15,960 nt of DNA, taken from a bacterium. Its GTDB lineage: Bacteria; Hydrothermota; 32-111. The notes beneath the pieces were generated by a model. It was not told the origin of the DNA and searched no databases. It was given only the letters and a program-made list of their open reading frames with translations. Made by a program: the position numbers and the translations under genes. The stretch lies in NCBI GenBank assembly GCA_050239825.1, contig JBFXGO010000048.1, forward strand, positions 1-15,960, read 5' to 3'. This document shows positions 14,685 to 15,960 of this stretch, piece by piece; within the stretch, counting starts at the first letter, position 1; each line of letters starts with the position of its first letter.

Positions 14685-15372
14685 AAATATTAAAGATGTT
14701 GTTGAAATTGCAGAGGCGTTAAAGGAAACGAAGAGAAAGGTCTGTCTTGTGGGCGGAGCAATATCCTCCTTCTATCTTGAAGATGATGTGAGTTCGAAGA
14801 TTAGACCCACAAAGGATGTTGACTGCGTCATCGAAGTTCTTGATTATTTGTCTTTCATGGATCTCGAGAAAAGTCTGAAGAAACTGGGATTTGTTCACGA
14901 CTTGGATTCGGGAATCATCTGCAGATGGAAATACGGTCAGATAACTGTCGATATAATTCCGTCGGAGTCAAAAAAAATACTCGGTTTTACAAATATATGG
15001 TATAAAGAAGGAATGAAAAATTCTATCTCAAAAGAAATCAGCGGTGTAAAAGTACATTATTTTCCGCTATGTTATTACATAGCATCAAAAATTGAAGCTT
15101 TTAAAAGCAGAGGAAAAAACGATTATTACGACAGTAATGATTTTGAGGACATTGTACTGATTCTCGAAGGCAGACGCAACCTAAATGAGTTCTATGGGTT
15201 TCCGCAGAATGTAATTGCTTACCTAAAACGAGAATTCGGCCTTATGCTTCAGGATACAAGATTTGAATCAGCAGTTTATGGTCATTTAGAGCAGACGCCT
15301 GTGATTCAGAGAAGATTTGAAAGGATAATTGGATTTCTGAAGGAGTTTGTGAAAAAAGAAAGACAGGGATGA
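14674..15372 (+). CDS. Pol-beta superfamily nucleotidyltransferase, AbiEii/AbiGii-like putative toxin
   Basis: LVGGA ... RPTKDVD (GG + DxD), VDIIP, KIEAFKSRG, DFEDI; 11-bp overlap with the upstream HTH gene. Confidence 0.75.
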   Translation: MLSENIKDVVEIAEALKETKRKVCLVGGAISSFYLEDDVSSKIRPTKDVDCVIEVLDYLSFMDLEKSLKKLGFVHDLDSGIICRWKYGQITVDIIPSESKKILGFTNIWYKEGMKNSISKEISGVKVHYFPLCYYIASKIEAFKSRGKNDYYDSNDFEDIVLILEGRRNLNEFYGFPQNVIAYLKREFGLMLQDTRFESAVYGHLEQTPVIQRRFERIIGFLKEFVKKERQG

Positions 15373-15923
15373 AAAATTTTTACAGAGTAAAGACAAAGCA
15401 TCTTGTTTTAAGAAAGGTGAAACCCAAAAGATGTGACGCTGAATTCATTTCGGAGCTTTGGAAAAATAAGAGCGTGATGAAGTTTGTCGGATTTCCTAAA
15501 GGAATCAAAGAGACGCCTGAAAAAATAGTGCAGATTACGAGGGAGAGAATCAAAAACAGAAGAGAGCACCATCTCATAATTGAAAAAAGCGGATGCTCCA
15601 TAGGCGAAGCTCTGATAAGATATGATGAAAAGAGTGAATTTGCCGAGACGGATGTCAAGCTTATGCCAAAGTTTCAGGGAAATGGTTACGGAGGCGAGGT
15701 GAAGATGACTCTTTTAGAGTGGATTTTTAAAAATACCGATGCGGAGGGAGTGAAAGCGACACCCAATGTTAAGAATATTGCTTCAATCAAGATGCAGGAG
15801 AGGGTCGGAGGAAAGAGAATAAAGAAAATTCACTATGAATTCCCGAAAAGCATGTCATCCTACACCACCCCTGTCGATTCTTACCTCTACATCGTCTATC
15901 GGAAGGACTGGATTTCGAAGTAA
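15369..15923 (+). CDS. GNAT family N-acetyltransferase (RimJ/RimL-like)
   Basis: TKHLVLR N-terminus, acetyl-CoA motif FQGNGYG, N-x-ASIKMQERVG; ATGA overlap with the NTase gene. Confidence 0.88.
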   Translation: MKNFYRVKTKHLVLRKVKPKRCDAEFISELWKNKSVMKFVGFPKGIKETPEKIVQITRERIKNRREHHLIIEKSGCSIGEALIRYDEKSEFAETDVKLMPKFQGNGYGGEVKMTLLEWIFKNTDAEGVKATPNVKNIASIKMQERVGGKRIKKIHYEFPKSMSSYTTPVDSYLYIVYRKDWISK

Positions 15924-15960
15924 TATTTTAACTTATTAATTCCTCTTTCGATCTTTGTAT

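Noticed and set aside
1446..15658. Many 60-142 aa antisense or alternate-frame ORFs in the track (e.g. 2427-2771, 6272-6628, 7256-7588, 9569-9997, 13159-13506, 15380-15658)
   Set aside because: They overlap well-supported genes and show no recognisable motifs; treated as shadow ORFs.
1..15960. Alternative genetic code
   Set aside because: TAA, TAG and TGA all occur at plausible gene ends, and conserved genes are full length under the standard code.

Overview
AT-rich bacterial chromosomal window, mostly housekeeping with accessory segments at both ends. In order: the 3' end of a truncated + strand gene (possibly a Y1/REP-associated transposase); two hypothetical membrane proteins; a stand-alone carboxyltransferase (OadA/PycB/transcarboxylase-5S family, no biotin-carrier domain); a ~660 bp intergenic region with three copies of a GC-rich repeat and a long hairpin; a ybbR(cdaR)-tsaD-long PIMT-like methyltransferase operon converging on split transketolase (N, C)-ftsE-ftsX. 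Then: an unannotated 25-aa xAKK-repeat micro-protein with its own promoter, RBS and terminator, directly followed by a signal-less C25/gingipain-fold cysteine peptidase and a coupled 86-aa partner; a TauE/SafE transporter; a TPR-like RPYMR protein; and an HTH + AbiEii-like nucleotidyltransferase + GNAT operon with a consensus promoter and a palindromic operator candidate. Best novelty candidates are the micro-protein/peptidase/partner locus, the RiPP-type PIMT in a housekeeping operon, the AbiE-like three-gene module and repeated leaderless promoter architecture. All family calls come from motif recognition by eye; no searches were run.
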